This document shows, in pieces, positions 1 through 9,995 of a DNA stretch of 64,000 bases. Origin of the DNA: Candidatus Spechtbacteria bacterium. Its GTDB lineage: Bacteria > Patescibacteriota > Minisyncoccia > Spechtbacterales > JACPHP01. Where the stretch lies: positions 1,327-65,326 of the forward strand of contig JACPHP010000001.1 of assembly GCA_016188605.1 (NCBI GenBank). Direction: 5' to 3'. Position 1 is the first letter of the stretch; every line of letters starts with the position of its first letter. The notes under the pieces were generated by a model. The model did not search any database and had not been told where the DNA came from. It saw only the letters and a list, made by a program, of their open reading frames with translations. The position numbers and the translations under genes were made by a program.

Positions 1-595
1 CATGCACTTGTGCTGGTCCCATTGCTTTGCGGGCAAAATCTTCGGCATACACACGTTGTTCTGGAGAAAGTGTAATATTTTTGTCTTTCAAGTATCGCGT
101 AATTGCGTGTCTTGCAAGATGCGTCATTCCTTCGCCGCGTACTGCTTGCTCGGTTATAAAATCTCCTTGCTGTGATACTGCCGGTCCTTCAACTTGTATT
201 GTTTTTCCGTCAGGCCCAATTTGCACCCGCATATTGGAATTAGCCGATGATATAGATGATACAGGCGCGCTAGAGTCTTTTTGCGACAGGCTGGCTACAA
301 GTTTTTCGGGAAAATTAGTGGAGAATGAAGGCGCGACGCGGAAAGCGATAAACGCGCCAGCCGCAATAAGAGCAATGCCGGCGATAACCATCATCACGCG
401 CGCGCGGTTTTGCTGAAACCAGATTGCAAGCTGAAAGCCCCACCCATTTGTTCGCGCCCTATCCATAATAGTGTAGAAGTCATCCATTACTAAATCATCA
501 CCTGTATTTTTTCCCGATGAAAAACGCGGCCCCTGGTGACCTTGAGAAGGTGAACCGTTTTGTTGTAGTGGAGAATCTTGAGAAAAAGTAAACAT
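1..595 (-). CDS. Hypothetical membrane-anchored protein, runs off the left edge
   Basis: Read by hand: ATG at 595 and open to position 1 (MFTFSQ...VMMVIAGIALIAAGAFIAF...GEGMTHLARHAITRYL...EQRVYAEDFARK). One TM segment. Not in the ORF track because it is partial. Confidence 0.75.
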   Translation of the reverse strand, partial: MFTFSQDSPLQQNGSPSQGHQGPRFSSGKNTGDDLVMDDFYTIMDRARTNGWGFQLAIWFQQNRARVMMVIAGIALIAAGAFIAFRVAPSFSTNFPEKLVASLSQKDSSAPVSSISSANSNMRVQIGPDGKTIQVEGPAVSQQGDFITEQAVRGEGMTHLARHAITRYLKDKNITLSPEQRVYAEDFARKAMGPAQVH

Positions 596-795
596 AGAGA
601 TACGGAAATAAGGGTTAAAAAACCCTTTTTGGGTCGTCGCTCGCTAGGAAGAGAAAGCTTGCTTTCTCTTCTCTTGCTCGCTAGACAATAATTATAATTA
701 AAAATGAAACGGATAATATCCGTTGTTTTTATCGCTATATTAAAGCGATATGTTTGTTAATGAACAAATTCTATTTCAATAGTTATCAATATAAC

Positions 796-947
796 ATCTC
801 AAATCTCAAATGTTAAATCGCAAAACTAAAACTCAAATCTCTCAGCCAAGGGCTGATCCGCCTCCGGCGGAAAAACTTTTAATCTGACAGAGAGGAGATT
901 GTAGATTTAAGATGCAGATTTAAGATTTGCCATTTGAGATTTGAGAT
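796..947. repeat. Inverted heptad-repeat array (AATCTCA family) with a nested 30-bp double hairpin at 842-871
   Basis: Left arm atctcaa-atctcaa-atgttaa-atcgcaa; right arm tttgcca-tttgaga-tttgagat. Confidence 0.85.
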
Positions 948-1009
948 AAAAACAATCAAATTTATAGTCTTATTAAAATCTAAGATCTCATACTTAGAAT
1001 TAATACTAT

Positions 1010-2062
1010 TTATTTCTCATTCTGTGCCGCGGATGAAATTACGTCAAGCATTTCATCTAAATCACCATCGAGAATTGCGGTGATGTTGTGCCAATTTTCG
1101 TTAATACGATGATCCGTAACGCGATCTTGAGGAATATTGTATGTGCGAATTTTTTCACTTCGCTCGCCGCTGCCTATTTGAGAACGGCGCGCCTCTCCGC
1201 GCGCTTTTTCTTCTTTTTCACGCTGTTCTTGTAATATGCGGCTACGCAAAATTGTTAGCGCGATCTCTTTGTTTTCCGCTTGCGAGCGTCCGGCTTGCGA
1301 AGCAACGACCGTACCGGTGGGAATGTGGGTTACCCTTACAGCCGAAGATGTTTTATTTACATATTGTCCGCCAGGCCCAGACGCGCGAAAAACGTCTATC
1401 TGTAATTCGTCTTGGCGGATTTGAATATCGATCGGTTTTGCTTTTGGCAAAATTGCCACGGATGCCGTGGATGTATGCACGCGACCCGCTTTTTCTGTTT
1501 CCGGAATACGCTGTACACGATGTACGCCGCTTTCATATTCTAGGCGCGAAAAAGCGCCCTTGCCATGTATTTCACAAACCGCTTCTTTAATGCCGCCAAT
1601 TTCCGTTCTGCTTGAATCTAGAATGGTAAATTTCCAATTTTTGCGTTCGGCATATCGTGTGTACATACGCAGAAGGTTTTGCGCGAACAAGGCCGCCTCA
1701 TCACCACCGACACCAGCTCGTATTTCCATAATCAAATCGTCATATTCTTTATCAGATGTTGTGGGATTAACGAATTCTGTTAGCTGTTTCTCAATGTCAG
1801 CCATTTTTTGTTTATCTTCCCGCGCTGTTTCTGTGGCGAGTTGCGCCATCTCCGGATCGGTTTCTTTCTGAGCCATTTCCTCGTGTTCTTTTATCATTTC
1901 CTCAAGCTCATTGATTTGTTCCTGGAAGGAGACGATCTGCTCTACAAAAGAGTACCTTTTGGACGCTTCTCGCAGTTCTTGGCTAGACGAAAAAGCTCTC
2001 GGGTTGCTTAGTTTACCCGCGAGCTCATCCCGTTCTTTTTTTAGTTCGGAAGTATCATGCAT
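1010..2062 (-). CDS. prfA: Peptide chain release factor 1
   Basis: GVHRVQRIPETE (PxT), GPGGQ and RSEKIRTYN motifs. Confidence 0.97.
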   Translation of the reverse strand: MHDTSELKKERDELAGKLSNPRAFSSSQELREASKRYSFVEQIVSFQEQINELEEMIKEHEEMAQKETDPEMAQLATETAREDKQKMADIEKQLTEFVNPTTSDKEYDDLIMEIRAGVGGDEAALFAQNLLRMYTRYAERKNWKFTILDSSRTEIGGIKEAVCEIHGKGAFSRLEYESGVHRVQRIPETEKAGRVHTSTASVAILPKAKPIDIQIRQDELQIDVFRASGPGGQYVNKTSSAVRVTHIPTGTVVASQAGRSQAENKEIALTILRSRILQEQREKEEKARGEARRSQIGSGERSEKIRTYNIPQDRVTDHRINENWHNITAILDGDLDEMLDVISSAAQNEK

Positions 2063-2097
2063 AGCTATGATTTGAGAAGCTGGACATGAATTATATC

Positions 2098-2177
2098 ATC
2101 AACGAATAACGAATCTGTTACGAATAAACGAATTGACCAGCATTCGTAATTTAGCGCGGGATTCGCTATTCGTTGAT
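2098..2177. repeat. Inverted-repeat element, ATCAACGAATAACGAAT family
   Basis: atcaacgaataacgaat...attcgctattcgttgat; 8 copies in the window. Confidence 0.85.
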
Positions 2178-2191
2178 GATGCCATTGAAAA

Positions 2192-2410
2192 TTATTTCGT
2201 CTTCAGATCCTCATGTTTCTCCGCTCGTTTACGGAAACGTTCTACGCGGCTGCCTCGTAACGCGCTCTGCGCGCCGGTGTAGAAAGGATGGCAGGCGCTG
2301 CAGGTTTCTATCTCAATAGATTCTTTGGTCGCGCCAATAGTAAAAGTAACGCCGCAGGCGCAGGTTACTTTGGCATTAGGGAAATATTTAGGATGAATAT
2401 CTTTTTTCAT
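2192..2410 (-). CDS. rpmE: 50S ribosomal protein L31
   Basis: MKKDIHPKY, CACG, CSACHPFYTG, RVERF. Confidence 0.97.
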   Translation of the reverse strand: MKKDIHPKYFPNAKVTCACGVTFTIGATKESIEIETCSACHPFYTGAQSALRGSRVERFRKRAEKHEDLKTK

Positions 2411-2500
2411 AGGATTGAATGAATTTAGTAAGTGTTCCGATTTCTTTTATATAATAGGCGAAAACCGGTATTTTGTAAATCTGGCAGGAAAAAATAGGCA

Positions 2501-2527
2501 AGGCGGGAGGCTAACAAGCCCCCGCCT
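2501..2527. terminator. GC-rich hairpin downstream of the 2563-3081 gene
   Basis: aggcgggaggct-aaca-agcccccgcct. Confidence 0.45.
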
Positions 2528-2562
2528 CGTAGGATAAGCAGCAGTCCACCTTGGGGTTATTG

Positions 2563-3081
2563 TTAACTGGCAGAGTTTTTTTGGGGAAGCGACGCGGAGA
2601 TCGTTGAAATAGCGCTGCGAAGCAATGAAATAATGTCACTGCGAAACCGCACCATCTCGTTGCCAACAAAAAACACACTAACACTCAACAGTGGATGTGG
2701 CCACACCTCATCTAGCACCTTACTTTGACCAATATGGAAAGAGGAAAATGTTAGGAGTGCTAGGAACAAGCTCCACCATGCCACAAAGAATACTTCCCCT
2801 GGCTTGCGCTTGAGGGCTCCATTGCACTTTGCCTTATAAACTTCCTTTGTGCCGAGGTATACTCCCAAGAGTATAAGGTATATCTCGTTTAGCATTGTCG
2901 GCGCTTGGGCAAACCACTGGAAGCCCGCAAAACGCAGAAGGATAATGACAAGATACAGTACAGTAATTCCCGCGCTGAAGCAGAAAAGAAAGTTTTTTAT
3001 ATTTTCCGCAATGACAACGGCATCCACCGTCGCATTGCTATTACCGTTACCATTAAGCAGCGTGTCCGGCTGGGTAGTCAT
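2563..3081 (-). CDS. Hypothetical membrane protein (about 4 TM)
   Basis: Hydrophobic helices; GAGGGAGG SD precedes the ATG at 3081. Confidence 0.7.
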   Translation of the reverse strand: MTTQPDTLLNGNGNSNATVDAVVIAENIKNFLFCFSAGITVLYLVIILLRFAGFQWFAQAPTMLNEIYLILLGVYLGTKEVYKAKCNGALKRKPGEVFFVAWWSLFLALLTFSSFHIGQSKVLDEVWPHPLLSVSVFFVGNEMVRFRSDIISLLRSAISTISASLPQKNSAS

Positions 3082-3155
3082 AGCCATCCTCCCTCACTGG
3101 TTTTGTTGAAATGTGCTGTATATGGCTTATATCACGATTATCTGCTAAACACAAG

Positions 3156-3427
3156 CCCCTGCAGAGGAACTGCTCACACCTCTTAAAGATGACGTTACGT
3201 TGAGATTAAACCTCGCCAGATTCCATTGTTTCATTGCTCTATCGTTACATTGTTACATTGTTTCATTGTTGCATGGTTTCATGGTTACATAAACAATGAA
3301 ACAATGGAGCAATGAAGGGTCAATGGGAGCGGTCGGTAATAACTGCTCATGCGTCTTCAAAAATGGTTTATGTAAGCCAAATCATTATTTAGGGGTGTGA
3401 GAGGGGTTCCCTCCGCAGAGATGGGGC
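3156..3427. ncRNA. Candidate rod-like structured RNA interrupted by an octamer array
   Basis: 5' gcccc/tgcagaggaac/ctcacacctct-taaa can pair with 3' tttaggggtgtgag/gttccctccgca/ggggc; internal hairpin gagcggt..actgctc. Confidence 0.3.
3224..3314. repeat. Inverted octamer array (CATTGTTW)n ... (RAACAATG)n
   Basis: About 8 degenerate cattgtt(t/a) units followed by 3 reverse-complement units. Confidence 0.85.
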
Positions 3428-3444
3428 GCGCGCGTAAGTAAGTA

Positions 3445-3473
3445 TTGCGTACTATTAAATGTTCTGCTATACT
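3445..3473 (+). promoter_or_regulatory. Sigma70-type promoter for rpsB
   Basis: TTGCGT-17 bp-TATACT with extended TG; ATG 7 nt downstream. Confidence 0.55.
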
Positions 3474-3480
3474 TTTTGAT

Positions 3481-4413
3481 ATGTTAGAAAAAATTCAATT
3501 TACCCCCTTAGATCCTCAAAACTCCAGCTCTCAAGTTGTAGATGAGGGATATATAAGGTCAAACAACAATCCCGTTTCCCGTATTGTTAATCTAACGGGG
3601 TTTACAGATGAAGTGGATGCATCAAACGTTTCAGCGAAGTCCAGTCTCGCCAAGCCGAGGCCTTTGGCGGAGGATGGTCTCGCGCAAGGCTACAGCGAGA
3701 CGAAGCCAGGAATAATAGAGCCTGTTTCGCAAGAAATTGCAAATTTGTTTGCTCGCGGAGCGCATTTTGGGCACCAAAAATCGTACGTGCATCCGTCTAT
3801 GATGCCATACATTGTGGGCGTTAGAAACAACGTGCACATTATTGATGTACAGCAAACATTAGACAAATTAGAGGTAGCGCGAAATTTTCTTAGCACTCAA
3901 GCAACTCAAGGGAAAATTATTCTTTTCGTGGGTACCAAATTACCTGTTCGCGGTTTGGTTAAAAAGTATGCGGAAGAAGCAGGAATGCCATATATTATCG
4001 AACGATGGGCAGGTGGCATTTTAACCAACTGGAAAACTATTTCTTTGCGCGTTGAGTATTATCGCGACCTTGAGGCAAAGACCAAATCTGAAGATTGGGA
4101 AAAGTATCCTAAAATTGAGCGTTTGCACATGGAAGAGGAACTCGGACGGCTTGCAAGAGATTGGGGAGGTATTCATGATATGAAAAAGCAACCGGATGTC
4201 GTTGTGGTTGTTGATATGCATAGCGATAGTTTGGCGGTCGCAGAAGCAAATAAGCTCGATATTCCAGTTGTCGCGATTGCAGACACCAATATTAATGTCA
4301 ATTTGGCAACTTATCCAATTCCTGCAAGCGACGATTCTCTCGCAAGCGTGGAGTTTATACTAGAGAAGTTGGCTGAGGCAATTACTAAGGGGAAGAGCAA
4401 GGTGAGTCAATAG
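3481..4413 (+). CDS. rpsB: 30S ribosomal protein S2 with possible N-terminal extension
   Basis: GAHFGH, ILFVGTK, RWAGGILTN, IPVVAIADTN; start uncertain. Confidence 0.95.
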   Translation: MLEKIQFTPLDPQNSSSQVVDEGYIRSNNNPVSRIVNLTGFTDEVDASNVSAKSSLAKPRPLAEDGLAQGYSETKPGIIEPVSQEIANLFARGAHFGHQKSYVHPSMMPYIVGVRNNVHIIDVQQTLDKLEVARNFLSTQATQGKIILFVGTKLPVRGLVKKYAEEAGMPYIIERWAGGILTNWKTISLRVEYYRDLEAKTKSEDWEKYPKIERLHMEEELGRLARDWGGIHDMKKQPDVVVVVDMHSDSLAVAEANKLDIPVVAIADTNINVNLATYPIPASDDSLASVEFILEKLAEAITKGKSKVSQ

Positions 4414-4439
4414 ATCATTTGAAGAAAATAGGTAGGCGC

Positions 4440-4497
4440 GAATAGTGAAGACAGAATCATGAATCATGAATACTGCACCTCACTATTCATAATTCAT
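4440..4497. repeat. Inverted heptad array (GAATCAT family)
   Basis: gaatagtgaa..gaatcatgaatcatgaat...tcactattcataattcat. Confidence 0.65.
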
Positions 4498-4505
4498 CTT
4501 TTTTT

Positions 4506-5093
4506 ATGTCTATTTCTGCCCAACAAGTTCAGGAACTACGCCAAGCATCGGGCGCGGGTGTTATGGATGTGAAGCAAGCTCTTGAGGAAGCTGGTGGTGA
4601 TATACAAATTGCGCGTGATATTTTGCGTAAGAAGGGAATGATTAAGGCGGCTAAAAAAATGGAACGTGAAACACACGAAGGCCGCGTTGAAGCATATATT
4701 CATGCAAATAATAAAGTCGGAGTATTGTTGAAGCTTTATTGCGAAACAGATTTTGTCGCGCAAAACGAACAGTTTGCTCAGCTTGCGCACGATCTTGTGT
4801 TGCACATCGCGGCATCAAATCCTCAATATGTTTCTCCAGCCGACGTTCCCGCGCAAATTTTGGACAACGAACGCCGTATTTATACAGAGCAATTGCAGGG
4901 ATTGCAAAAGCCGACCGATGTTTTAGCGCAAATTATTGAAGGAAAGATAGAGAAGTTTATGCAAGAAGTCGCGCTCACCAAACAGCCATTCGTTAAAGAT
5001 CTGGATAAAACCGTGGAAGATGTTATTAACGAGGCAATTGCAAAAATAGGGGAGAATATTCAGATTGGGGGATTTGTGCGTTATGAGCTCTAA
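4506..5093 (+). CDS. tsf: Elongation factor Ts (short form)
   Basis: VQELRQASGAGVMDVKQAL, CETDFVA, KIGENIQI; follows rpsB. Confidence 0.96.
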   Translation: MSISAQQVQELRQASGAGVMDVKQALEEAGGDIQIARDILRKKGMIKAAKKMERETHEGRVEAYIHANNKVGVLLKLYCETDFVAQNEQFAQLAHDLVLHIAASNPQYVSPADVPAQILDNERRIYTEQLQGLQKPTDVLAQIIEGKIEKFMQEVALTKQPFVKDLDKTVEDVINEAIAKIGENIQIGGFVRYEL

Positions 5094-5098
5094 ATCTA

Positions 5099-5184
5099 GA
5101 ATAGTGAATCACGAATCATGAATTATGAATTATGAATCACGTCAGTTAGCATTTATGATTCACAATTCATGATCCCATATTCAT
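5099..5184. repeat. Inverted heptad array (GAATCAT family)
   Basis: gaatagt gaatcac gaatcat gaattat gaattat gaatcac ... atgattc acaattc atgatcc atattc. Confidence 0.8.
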
Positions 5185-5193
5185 TTTTTATTC

Positions 5194-6009
5194 ATGCTTT
5201 CTTTTTTCCCCCACATTCTTTTTTTACTAAGCGTAGCTGGTATCATCATCATTTTTGGTAAAAAACTCCCGACGCTTAAAAATACTACGGATGTCGAGCC
5301 ATTGAATTATGAGGCAACAACATCTTTTTTGTATGACGTGTTTCGTTCCGCGCATATTTTGTTTAGTCGTTTTTTTGGATACTCGCAACGAGAAAAGGTA
5401 TTTATCTATTTAGAAAAATTGCTTCGCAAAGTAAAGGTGCTTCTGATGCGTTGGGAAAATAAGCTGAGCAAAGCATTAGAGTATTTTTCAACTCGTTCTT
5501 CGCAGCGTATTTTGAAGGAAAGATTTGACCAAGAATCCAAACACAGAATTAGCTGGGACGACATTCGTCAAACAGAGGGAAATTTTTTCTCTGCCAAGCC
5601 GAAGTCTTCGGCGAAGGATGGTTTTAAGAAGATAGCTGATCCTATATTGGCAAGCTCAAATTCAGACGCTGATCTAAATGTTATTGTACGGCAAAAGAAG
5701 AAATCCGCCCCCATCTCGTCTAATTGGGGTTCCGGCGAGGTAGACAGAAAATCTAAAAGCAGTAAACAGGAGCAGTCAGTCCAGATTTCTCCAGTTTCAA
5801 TCGTAAGCACAAATTCCGAAGAAGAAGAATTTTGGCTAAGTGTTCTTAGGCAAAATCCACACAACCCTCATCCATATAAAAAATTAGGCGAGATATATAT
5901 GAACCGCGGTGAATATCATGAGGCGAAGGCAGCGTTTGTGTATGTTTTGAAGCGAAATCCCGATGATCAGGAAACTATGAAATGGCTTGAGAATATAAAA
6001 AGGAAGTAA
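5194..6009 (+). CDS. Membrane-anchored protein with C-terminal TPR
   Basis: N-terminal TM; NPHPYKKLGEIYMNRGEYHEAKAAFVYVLKRNP is TPR-like. Confidence 0.8.
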   Translation: MLSFFPHILFLLSVAGIIIIFGKKLPTLKNTTDVEPLNYEATTSFLYDVFRSAHILFSRFFGYSQREKVFIYLEKLLRKVKVLLMRWENKLSKALEYFSTRSSQRILKERFDQESKHRISWDDIRQTEGNFFSAKPKSSAKDGFKKIADPILASSNSDADLNVIVRQKKKSAPISSNWGSGEVDRKSKSSKQEQSVQISPVSIVSTNSEEEEFWLSVLRQNPHNPHPYKKLGEIYMNRGEYHEAKAAFVYVLKRNPDDQETMKWLENIKRK

Positions 6010-6048
6010 GGGCTAGTATTTAAGATTTCTTGGTTTATATTCAATTTA

Positions 6049-6121
6049 GCCAGCGTAGCTCAGTTGGTAGAGCAACACTTTTGTAAAGTGAAGGTCGTCG
6101 GTTCGAATCCGACCGCTGGCT
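6049..6121 (+). tRNA. tRNA-Thr(TGT)
   Basis: Acceptor GCCAGCG/CGCTGGC, D arm, anticodon loop TTTGTAA, GGTTCGAATCC; CCA not encoded. Confidence 0.95.
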
Positions 6122-6180
6122 CATTGGCATCTTTAATGTGGGTTGGGCGGAAGAAGTAAAATAAGTGCGGTAGAAATAGC

Positions 6181-6208
6181 AATGCCCTCAACAACAGTCG
6201 AGGGCATT
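6181..6208 (-). terminator. Hairpin just downstream of the DUF5701-like gene
   Basis: Minus strand aatgccctcgac-tgtt-gttgagggcatt, a 12-bp stem with one G-U. Confidence 0.5.
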
Positions 6209-6212
6209 TCGT

Positions 6213-6887
6213 TTAGCGACTACCGCAAGACGCGGAACCCCAGCGGCCATCCGAGTCGCCGACCCCGTACCAGAAGAGCCTCGGCCGATCGCCGCCGTCC
6301 AGATAGACATTCGGCACCCCGTCGGCGGACTCGTAGCGGGAGCCGGTAGCCCACACATAGTGCCGCGAGAGCACATCCGTGTGAGTGGTGAGCGCCATGA
6401 CCTCGGCGGCAGTGAGCGGAGACCGCTTCTGCTGCTTGAGGATTTTCTCGGCGTTCTCCGGCGACTTGCCGCGCGTGCTGTTGCCGTCCTCGACATCGTA
6501 GATGTAGTAGGGCTCGCTGGGAGCGTCCACCACATCGGAGATCGCGGTCGGGTTGAGATAGGTGTAGCCCACCTTCCCGCCGTTCTTGACCATCGCCATG
6601 AGGTCGTAGGGGCTCCGATACGAACGGGGGATGACCGGGAGGAACGGAATGTTGCCGTCTCCGATCGCCACCTCGCTCGCCTTCTTCACCACTGCGCCCT
6701 TCTGGTTCTGGAGGATCTCCACGATCTGCTCTGGGACGCCGCGATCCTTGAGAGTCGCGATCTGAGCATCGAAGAGCTTCTCGAGGTCGTTCCGCTTGGC
6801 CTGCGCCACCGCGTCATCGAACTTCTCCGGGTCGGCCTCTCGCAAGAGGGCGACCAACCTCCCGATCAACTGAAACTGATTTACCAT
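6213..6887 (-). CDS. DUF5701-like protein, GC-rich, likely acquired
   Basis: YYIYDVEDG, RSPLTAAE, GSRY..VP..RPRLFW..WGSASCGSR match my recollection of DUF5701; AAGGAGG SD. Confidence 0.7.
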   Translation of the reverse strand: MVNQFQLIGRLVALLREADPEKFDDAVAQAKRNDLEKLFDAQIATLKDRGVPEQIVEILQNQKGAVVKKASEVAIGDGNIPFLPVIPRSYRSPYDLMAMVKNGGKVGYTYLNPTAISDVVDAPSEPYYIYDVEDGNSTRGKSPENAEKILKQQKRSPLTAAEVMALTTHTDVLSRHYVWATGSRYESADGVPNVYLDGGDRPRLFWYGVGDSDGRWGSASCGSR

Positions 6888-7055
6888 CTGTCCTTCCTCC
6901 TTCTGGACTTTTCCGCCAAAGGCGGATCTGTCTCTGGCATGACACTTTCTGCGTTATGTATAACAAAATTCTGCCTCCTGTCAAGTACCCCGGGTAATGT
7001 GCCGCACATTACCAGCAGTTACATCAAATGCAGAGAAATATGGTATAATAACCTC

Positions 7056-8015
7056 GTGAATAATTTATTCGTTGACAAATTACGCGATAATTTTTCAGCC
7101 ACTCCACGCAATCAATATATAGCGTCTGCTTTTTTGATTTTTGCGACGTTTGCAATGTGGGAAGGGGTGAATGTTTTGGTTTCTGGGTCTGAAATCGCAG
7201 ATATTCATCTGATAATTGGGCTTATTGGTTTTACCCTATGGTCCGCGCTATTTGCTCTAAGCTTTCTTTTGCTTGATCCGCCGTGGCTTGCATACATTGT
7301 ATATATTATTACAAGTATCGTGCTTCTCGCATTGTTCGGCTGGCAGCAATGGCCTATCGTTGGTGTTGCTTCGTTCTTAATTTTTACGGTGTCCGCGCGC
7401 CAAAGTGTTACAAATGAGCGTGAATTACTTGCATCGTTTAGATTGAGCCGCTTTGTTAAAAAGGGATTGTCGTCATTTTTTACCGGCGTTGCCATACTGC
7501 TCGCGTTCGTTTATTATTTTTCTCCGTACGGAGCAGCAAACTTGCGGCCGGAAATTCCGCGCGCGGTAGTTGATCTCTCATTTATTCCAATAGACGTTAT
7601 TGCCGCAACAACAATCTACGGCTACGAACCAGGAGCAACTGTCGGCCAGTTCCAATCGTTGATGATCCAAAATCTTTTGCCAATATTAACTCACAGTACC
7701 GGACCGGTTCAAATTACAGAAGATGTGAAAAAAAATTTCAGCGTGATTAAAGATGAAAAAACGCTCGGAATGCCCCTGCCCCAATTTATATACGAGCAGT
7801 CAAACGCCTATCTTGCAAAATTCGTTGAGCCGTATAAAAGCTATTTGCCAATATTTTTCGTGCTTACTTCATTCTTGACTTTTAAATTATTGAGTATACC
7901 ATTTGTATGGTTTACTCAGCTTGCCGCGTGGGGTTTAATGAAGCTATTTATTGCACTCGGTATAGCAGGGTTTAATAAGGAAATAATAGAAAAAGACAGG
8001 CTGGTGTTGAAGTAA
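7056..8015 (+). CDS. Hypothetical polytopic membrane protein
   Basis: Hydrophobic C-terminal part of ORF 6360-8015; GTG at 7056 follows TGGTATAAT (7041-7049). Confidence 0.75.
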   Translation: MNNLFVDKLRDNFSATPRNQYIASAFLIFATFAMWEGVNVLVSGSEIADIHLIIGLIGFTLWSALFALSFLLLDPPWLAYIVYIITSIVLLALFGWQQWPIVGVASFLIFTVSARQSVTNERELLASFRLSRFVKKGLSSFFTGVAILLAFVYYFSPYGAANLRPEIPRAVVDLSFIPIDVIAATTIYGYEPGATVGQFQSLMIQNLLPILTHSTGPVQITEDVKKNFSVIKDEKTLGMPLPQFIYEQSNAYLAKFVEPYKSYLPIFFVLTSFLTFKLLSIPFVWFTQLAAWGLMKLFIALGIAGFNKEIIEKDRLVLK

Positions 8016-8028
8016 AACAATTAATGAA

Positions 8029-9111
8029 ATGGAAAAAGATTATTATAAGATATTGGGCCTTGAAAAAAGAGCCTCAAAAGACGATATCAAAAAGGCCTAT
8101 CGCAAGCTTGCGCACCAATATCATCCCGATAAACAAGGCGGAGATGAAAAGAAGTTTAAAGAAATAAACGAAGCCTATCAAGTATTGTCTGATGACACTA
8201 AGCGTGCTCGGTACGATCAGTTCGGCTCCGCTTTTGAGCAACAAGGAGGATTTAGTGGTTTCGGCGGCGCTGGCTTTGGTCGGGGCGGTGGAGCATGGCA
8301 AGGCGATATAAATGATATTTTCCGTGAGTTTTTTGGCGGCGGCCACGATGGTTTTGGCGCGGGCTTTGGAGGCGGTCAAACGCCAAGACAACGCGGTAGC
8401 GATATTTCTATAGATGTCGAGCTTACGCTCGAGCAGGCATTTAGCGGAATCGATCACACTGCTCACCTAAAGAAGTTTGCAAAATGTTCACGTTGTGAAG
8501 GTAGGCGAGGAGAGCCTGGCACGTCTGTTAAAACTTGTTCAAAATGTGACGGTAAGGGAGAGATTCGCCATGTGCAAAACACTATTTTGGGTTCATTTGC
8601 CAGCATGCAAACATGTCCGCAGTGCGGCGGCATAGGTACGATAGCGGAAAAGCCATGCAAGCAGTGTCGCGGTACTGGACGGGAACAGCAGGTTGAAAAG
8701 ATTACATTCAATATTCCAGCAGGGATCTCTGACGGGGAAATGGTGCGTGTTTCAGGCAAGGGTGAGTATGATATAAATGGCGCGGGCGATTTATATGCTA
8801 GAATATATATTAAAAAACACCCCGTGTTTATAAGAAAGGAGAGCGATCTTTACAGCACAATAACAATACCAATGACAGAAGCAATTTTAGGTGGTGAAAA
8901 AAGTGTCAGGGTAATTGATGGAAACGGTAAGCTAGAAATACCAGCGGGAATTCAGTCTGGCACATTGTTGAAGTTAAGCGGCAAGGGCATGTCTAGCCCT
9001 CAGCGCGGCGGCAGAGGCAATCATTTCTTTCAAGTAATCGTGGAAACACCAAAGAAAGTTTCCAGGCGGGCAAAAGAGTTGTTACAAGGGCTACAAAAAG
9101 AAGGATTATAA
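8029..9111 (+). CDS. dnaJ: Chaperone DnaJ
   Basis: HPD J-domain, G/F region and four CxxCxGxG-type repeats. Confidence 0.97.
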   Translation: MEKDYYKILGLEKRASKDDIKKAYRKLAHQYHPDKQGGDEKKFKEINEAYQVLSDDTKRARYDQFGSAFEQQGGFSGFGGAGFGRGGGAWQGDINDIFREFFGGGHDGFGAGFGGGQTPRQRGSDISIDVELTLEQAFSGIDHTAHLKKFAKCSRCEGRRGEPGTSVKTCSKCDGKGEIRHVQNTILGSFASMQTCPQCGGIGTIAEKPCKQCRGTGREQQVEKITFNIPAGISDGEMVRVSGKGEYDINGAGDLYARIYIKKHPVFIRKESDLYSTITIPMTEAILGGEKSVRVIDGNGKLEIPAGIQSGTLLKLSGKGMSSPQRGGRGNHFFQVIVETPKKVSRRAKELLQGLQKEGL

Positions 9112-9112
9112 T

Positions 9113-9646
9113 ATGAGCTTTTTAAAATCTTTTTCTTTTCCGTCAATTCACACTCCATTCCAGTTTTCTCTTGATTTGGGAATCGTTGTATTTGGTCTTA
9201 TCGCGTTATTTCTGTATTGCATGTCTATCGGGCGAAAGCGTATCACGGTTTTACTTTTGAGCGGATACATAGCTCGAGTAGTATTTCAGGTTTTGCCATT
9301 TGATGTGAGCGCGAAGGTGTATTCTTTTAATACCAATTTTTTTTCATGGATAATGGGGCTGCTGTTTTTAATCCTGGTTGCTATAATATATTTTTTGCTA
9401 GCTGGATCGGCTTTGCGCATGGCTTTGCGCCTGCCTAATAATGGCGACGCATCGTGGTGGCATATTATCTTGCTTAGCCTGATTACGTCTGGATTTTTTA
9501 TGGCAACTTTGTTACATTTAATGACGGATGGCACAGCCCTTTCATCTACCGTCAAGATGGCGTTTTTCTCGCCTTACGCGTTATTTGGCTGGACGGTAGC
9601 GCCAATTATTGCAATTGCATTGGTACGGCGAGGAGGGACGGAATAA
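9113..9646 (+). CDS. Hypothetical membrane protein (about 5 TM)
   Basis: Hydrophobic ORF abutting dnaJ. Confidence 0.75.
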   Translation: MSFLKSFSFPSIHTPFQFSLDLGIVVFGLIALFLYCMSIGRKRITVLLLSGYIARVVFQVLPFDVSAKVYSFNTNFFSWIMGLLFLILVAIIYFLLAGSALRMALRLPNNGDASWWHIILLSLITSGFFMATLLHLMTDGTALSSTVKMAFFSPYALFGWTVAPIIAIALVRRGGTE

Positions 9647-9650
9647 ATCC

Positions 9651-9893
9651 ATGTCATCTGTATACGTGTTAAAGAGTCTGCGGAATGGCAAGAGGTATAT
9701 TGGAAGTACCGAACTTAATCCTGAAGAAAGATTGAAGCGGCATAATTCCGGTACCAATCAATTTACAAAAAGAAATGGGCCATTTGTATTGGTCTATCGA
9801 GAACAGTGTACTGACAAAACAGCATCAAGAAAAAGAGAGAATTTTTTAAAATCAGGAGTTGGAAGAAAGTACCTAGATAGTATTCTTAGTTAG
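9651..9893 (+). CDS. Small GIY-YIG nuclease family protein
   Basis: VYVLKS..RYIGST..RLKRHNSG..RENFLKSGVGR. Confidence 0.9.
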   Translation: MSSVYVLKSLRNGKRYIGSTELNPEERLKRHNSGTNQFTKRNGPFVLVYREQCTDKTASRKRENFLKSGVGRKYLDSILS

Positions 9894-9906
9894 TTAAGTG
9901 TTTTGT

Positions 9907-9979
9907 GCACCCATAGCTCAGCTGGTAGAGCAGCTCCCTTTTAAGGAGATGGTCGCAGGTCCGAATCCTGCTGGGTGCA
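9907..9979 (+). tRNA. tRNA-Lys(TTT)
   Basis: Acceptor GCACCCA/TGGGTGC and anticodon loop CTTTTAA; T loop reads TCCGAAT, which is atypical. Confidence 0.85.
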
Positions 9980-9995
9980 CAAAACACTTAACTAT

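Noticed and set aside
27..416. 129-aa + strand ORF
   Set aside because: Antisense shadow of the longer partial minus-strand gene 1-595.
630..685. Hairpin aggaagagaaagc-tt-gctttctcttct with gctcgctag direct repeats
   Set aside because: Single copy in the window; cannot tell a repeat element from a terminator or regulatory hairpin.
6049..6950. Integrated element or prophage at tRNA-Thr
   Set aside because: No integrase and no duplicated tRNA 3' end (att site) seen.
6360..7055. N-terminal 232 aa of the 551-aa ORF as a fusion protein
   Set aside because: Stop-free antisense frame of the GC-rich 6213-6887 gene; the real gene likely starts at GTG 7056.
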